Positions 59,827 through 64,000 of a stretch of DNA of 64,000 nt are shown here, in pieces. Both the position numbers and the translations under genes were made by a program. Under the pieces are notes generated by a model. It had not been told where the DNA came from. It did not search any database and saw nothing but the letters and a program-made list of their open reading frames with translations. The stretch comes from a virus, in IMG/VR virus record IMGVR_UViG_3300029258_001887; one strand, 5' to 3'. Within the stretch, counting starts at the first letter, position 1, and each line of letters starts with the position of its first letter.

Positions 59827-60249
59827 GAAACAAAAAGAAAAAAGTTGAGTCCGATAACCATACCTTGCATGTCATGCAAGAACATAGTCTGATAACACAT
59901 CACGTCCGATAATTTTCTCGGATCGGTTGGGATTGGTTGGTCCGATAACTTTCGCTGGGTAGGGGTCCGATAACTCGGCTCTGGGGGTATGCCCGATAAA
60001 TGCGCATGTCCGATAACTGGGGCGGGTCCGAAAACCGCTGGGGGTGCAATCACAACCGGGTCGATTTTCTAAGCGGTACCCACTTTTCGTGTACACTCTT
60101 TCTCGTATCACCCGCCTTGTCGTCCACAATCCTGTGCATTACCCGCTTTACCGTCCACGATCCTGAACATGGGGGTACCCCTTTCTCAACCCCTGAATCA
60201 ACCGCTTTATCAGACATGCCTTCACCTGAAAAAAAATCGGGGGGCTGTC

Positions 60250-60277
60250 GAACAGGGAGGGCAGTTGCACGTATAAT
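60250..60277 (+). promoter_or_regulatory. Phage promoter-like motif GAACA-N9-GTT-N3-CGTATAAT at the strand switch
   Basis: Starts the plus-strand gene run (60316 onward). Confidence 0.65.
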
Positions 60278-61877
60278 AAGATAGCAGCGAGACGCTGCTC
60301 TCAGGAGCTTCGCACATGAAGAAAGTGCATCACGTTAGCGGTTGCAACTTCAGAAACATGATCACCACCGATGACTGGAGTGAAGTCACCTGTCTCCATT
60401 GCCTGAAAAGCAGGCCAGACACGAAAAGGCGGGTACGCGATATCCATGCTACCGTGCAGCCGACACCCCGAGACCGGTACACAAACGAGCGGGAACAGCT
60501 AGACTTCACGTATCGGAGAGAGTAGATGCACTGGGTTTCGAACCTGAGAAAAGAACTCAAAGAGGCAAAAGCCCTCAACGAGAAACAACGTAGAACCATC
60601 AGTGGTCTTAAGGCTTGCCTGTGGATTGCGATGCTCGGATGGATGCTCACTTTGGCGTCTGGCATCGCTTTATGGAAACTGCAAGAGTCCCAACCCATAC
60701 CCCCGATACGTCTTTTGGAACCAGATTTTGGATGGGGGTTCAACCGTGGCAACTAGCCTACATCCCAACCACTGGGCTCTGAACTGCTTCAAACAGGTGA
60801 TGAGTACCAAGCAACTCCAGGATGTTCTCGACAAGCATGGGTCTTGGGTGTTCAAGAATGGTCAGAGGGCCGATATCAAGAGCAAGAGGATTGGTCCTGG
60901 GCGATATGAAGTGTGGCTGGAGACAACGACATGAGCGAGTATGTCCGACTCAATTGTATGTGCTGTAACAGGATCGTTGAGGGTGACGTGAACGAAAACC
61001 CCCTGGTCATTTCTCCTGTCTACAACGGCTTGATTTTCCGGGCGACGGGTAATTTCGGGTCCACGGTTTTTGACCCAATGCCTATCGGCGTAGAGGAAAT
61101 CCTACAGGTGGTCATCTGTGACGATTGTATGAAGAAGAAGGCCAAGCGGGTGACGCGGATTCATAATATCCAGCGTGAGATGACCGCCGAACGTGGAGAG
61201 TTCACACCGTGACCGTACATGACCCAGTTTGCCAAGCGATGTATGATCTTTTTTCTAAGCCAAAAGGCACTGCGACCAACGATGATTGGGCCAAAGTTTG
61301 GAAGGCGGTTGGTGACTGGAAAAGATTCCACAAGAGAATCAATGTGGATAAGACCTGTGTCGCCGCCGATATTTGTATGTCGCTGAGCAAATACGACAAG
61401 GACAATCGCAGCCCGCTACAACGACACTATTTCTGGACTGGTATTCGTGTGTGGGTGAGTTATTGGGCTAAGAATAACGGACTGGAGCCATTGGTATGTT
61501 AGCTTTCGAGATGTGTCCCAGGTGTACAAATATCCACAAGCTCTCACCAGAGAGATTGAAGCCCATGGTGTTGTCCGGTGACGATCAAAAAATGCAGTGC
61601 GATGTTTGCAACCATAGCTTCAAGCTGCCGGATTGCGAGTCGCTTCGAGAGTTGGCCCGACAGCAAAGGGGTAGGCGATACGCTGATCCCGATTGTCCAC
61701 ACTGCAAGGGTGAGGGTCGGAAGGCTGGTACCGGGATGGTTGCTGGCGAGATAATCACCTGCTCATGTGTGAGTAACAGGTTGGTTGCAGAAGCGAAGAA
61801 GTGGTATCGATGTGGCTGCGGGAATGAAATCCCGACAGGTGAGTTCTGCATCGATTGTGATTTGGAAAGGGATTTAC

Positions 61878-62672
61878 ATGAGAATCAGTGATACCCCCAT
61901 TGTCGCGTTGGACTTGGAAACCGGTGGTCTGACCCCCGGTAAGCATACGCCGTTGGCGATCGGCGCTGTTTGGCTGGACAGTCCCAGGTTACCAGTCGAT
62001 GAAACGAATTCTTTCTATGCCCAGCTTGAGTTCCCCCTCTACGTGACCACCCCTGACGCGATGAGAATTAACAAGCTCGATCTGGCAAATCCCCCCGGTC
62101 CACAAGGCACTCTCGCTAACCGAAGCTATCCTGTCGAAGAGGCCATGCACCTTTTCAAGCAGTGGCTCTCTACCCGTCTACAGGACAGACCAATCCATGC
62201 TCTCGGTATGAACGTAGGGTCTTTCGATCTCCCTATGCTACGTTCCATCTGGCAAGGCCCCTGGCCATTCCATTACCGTTCTATCGATTTGAACAGTCTG
62301 TTCTTCGCTTTGTCCCAGGTTCAGAATAAGCCATACAGTGCTGTGAAGGAAGAGGTGGTCAAGCAGGCGTGGGCCAAGAGCGAGTTCCCAGGTATGGAGC
62401 ATAACGCGCTGGCTGACGCTTGGATGGCGGTCCACGCATGGGATGAGTGTATCCGACAACTAACCAGGAATGGCAAGGATGTCGGTGAGCACATGAGATA
62501 TCTTGGTGTCTTGTCGTTGCTTGGTGATTGTTCGGAAATGGTGGATGGCGAAACCAGAGAGAGTATCGATCTGGCCCTGACCGATGCCGCACGGAATATT
62601 GACAATCTTGAAGTAAAGACTCGTGGGAATCGGGTGTGGGTCGAATTGACCGACGTTCCGAGGGGGGATTAA
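61878..62672 (+). CDS. DEDDh 3'-5' exonuclease
   Basis: ALDLETGG, N..FD, HNALADA. Confidence 0.88.
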   Translation: MRISDTPIVALDLETGGLTPGKHTPLAIGAVWLDSPRLPVDETNSFYAQLEFPLYVTTPDAMRINKLDLANPPGPQGTLANRSYPVEEAMHLFKQWLSTRLQDRPIHALGMNVGSFDLPMLRSIWQGPWPFHYRSIDLNSLFFALSQVQNKPYSAVKEEVVKQAWAKSEFPGMEHNALADAWMAVHAWDECIRQLTRNGKDVGEHMRYLGVLSLLGDCSEMVDGETRESIDLALTDAARNIDNLEVKTRGNRVWVELTDVPRGD

Positions 62673-63275
62673 ATGGCACCATGCGTTGTGAGCGAAGGCG
62701 TGAAGGCGTGGGTAACAACCACAGGAGGCCACGGGCTGAGTTCGCCGCAGTCTGAGAGCAACGTATCGGAGGGTGGTACGCCAGCGTCGGTTTCACTTTT
62801 ACCGGAGATACACTAGGATGATTCCAACCAGAGAAATCTGTAAAATTTGCTATCATGTTAATCCTATTGGATTTAAGGTGCCGCAGAAAATATGGTCAGC
62901 AGTTAATCCATTACAGGAGAATGATTGTACAATTTGTTTGTCCTGTTTTACTCGCCTTGCAGATGAAAAAATGATTAAATGGGACAAAGATATTAAATTA
63001 TTTCCAGTTAGTTTGAAAACGCATTTGGAAGGATGCAAATATGGCGATTAAAGCACCGATCTTCAAAGAAGAGGGAGTCGTCGGCAATCCTGAATTGTTG
63101 GATCAACTAAATGCGGCTGTTGAAGAATTGGCTACTCAGATGAAAGCCACCGTTCCGATAAAGAAGGGTGCGGCGAGAATCGGCTTTGGTGTGAATAAAT
63201 TACAACGTGGTATAGAGGCTGATAGGGTGATCGCCATTGCCAAGGCTATCAAATCTCTCAAAGGATGGTAGGATT

Positions 63276-63788
63276 ATGATAACAGAAACTTGGCGAGATA
63301 TTATTGGGTATGAGGGACTGTATCGGATATCGTCCGAAGGTCGCATTATGAGCCGCTACCGAAGACCGGAAGCAAAAGGACATATAAGGGAGACGTATCT
63401 CGACAGCGAAGGATATCCGCAGGTGCGATTAGTCAAGGATGGGGTTACAGTCTGTTATCGCGTTCACTATTTGGTACTGCTTTCTTTCCGTGGCCCCAGA
63501 CCCCAAGGCTACCAATGCCTTCATGGCGACGGCAATCGGCAGAATGTCAGGTTGGATAACCTTCGATGGGGTACGCAGTACGAAAATGCAGCCGATGCTG
63601 TTCGCCATGGGACACAGGTTCGTGGCGAGACCAACGGTAGGTCTAAATTGACAGAGGCCCAGGTCGCAACAATCAAGAAGTTGTTGACTGCTGGCCACAG
63701 CTTGCGCAATCTTGGTAGGCGATTTGGGGTAGATCATACGACGATTGGTGCGATAAAGCGGGGAAAGTCGTGGGGGCATCTACCATGA
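63276..63788 (+). CDS. NUMOD4-HNH homing endonuclease
   Basis: ETWRDIIGYEGLY, VH.LV, H.DGN..N..L.NLRWGT. Confidence 0.9.
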   Translation: MITETWRDIIGYEGLYRISSEGRIMSRYRRPEAKGHIRETYLDSEGYPQVRLVKDGVTVCYRVHYLVLLSFRGPRPQGYQCLHGDGNRQNVRLDNLRWGTQYENAADAVRHGTQVRGETNGRSKLTEAQVATIKKLLTAGHSLRNLGRRFGVDHTTIGAIKRGKSWGHLP

Positions 63789-64000
63789 AGCGATTCATTT
63801 TTAAGCACGTCAGGAACCACGAACATGGTTTCGCCGTGGGATTACGATTGGGTCGCCGTGGGTATCTTGGATGGCTTGGATATGGCCGACCCGTGTGGTG
63901 GAAGCCACGCTTGCTCAATGACGGGGCAAGATTAGGGTTTGGCCTTGGATGGTTGCTACTGTGTTTTCAGGTGAAGATAGTCGAGTTGGAGATTCCTAAG

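Larger units (their letters stand above)
55500..60030. repeat. Dispersed array of the 9-mer GTCCGATAA / TTATCGGAC
   Basis: About 25 exact plus-strand copies by manual count in 56400-60020, and many near-matches. Confidence 0.95.

Noticed and set aside
56400-60030. CRISPR array
   Set aside because: The repeat unit is only ~9 bp, degenerate, irregularly spaced and runs through ORFs; no cas operon is present.

Overview
This 64-kb window looks like one arm of a large dsDNA bacteriophage genome. No capsid, terminase or tail genes are visible. Almost all genes from 1 to ~60.2 kb are on the minus strand, and the direction flips at ~60.25 kb. The 1-24 kb block covers replication, recombination and nucleotide metabolism: DnaE, two Cas4-like nucleases, primase, DnaB, RecA, dCMP deaminase, RNase H, class II RNR, sigma factor, ClpP, XerD-like recombinase, ThyX and a BrxL-like ATPase. 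The 24-54 kb block is accessory: peptide deformylase, GuaB/GuaC, a dispersed Ycf46-AAA/DUF3150/DUF1257/DUF2997 set, a histone-fold candidate, many free-standing HNH genes, a complete ubiquitin-like conjugation set (Ubl, E2 with a Cys-rich tail, JAB, E1), an atypical tRNA-Glu and several structured ncRNA candidates. The 54.7-60.2 kb block is the most unusual. A ~740-nt ORF-free, highly structured RNA candidate lies next to a ~4.5-kb array of the 9-mer GTCCGATAA. The array runs through intergenic and coding DNA, switches polarity near 56.2 kb, and contains host sigma70-type promoters. All family assignments come from motif recognition by eye. No database searches were run, and counts are manual.
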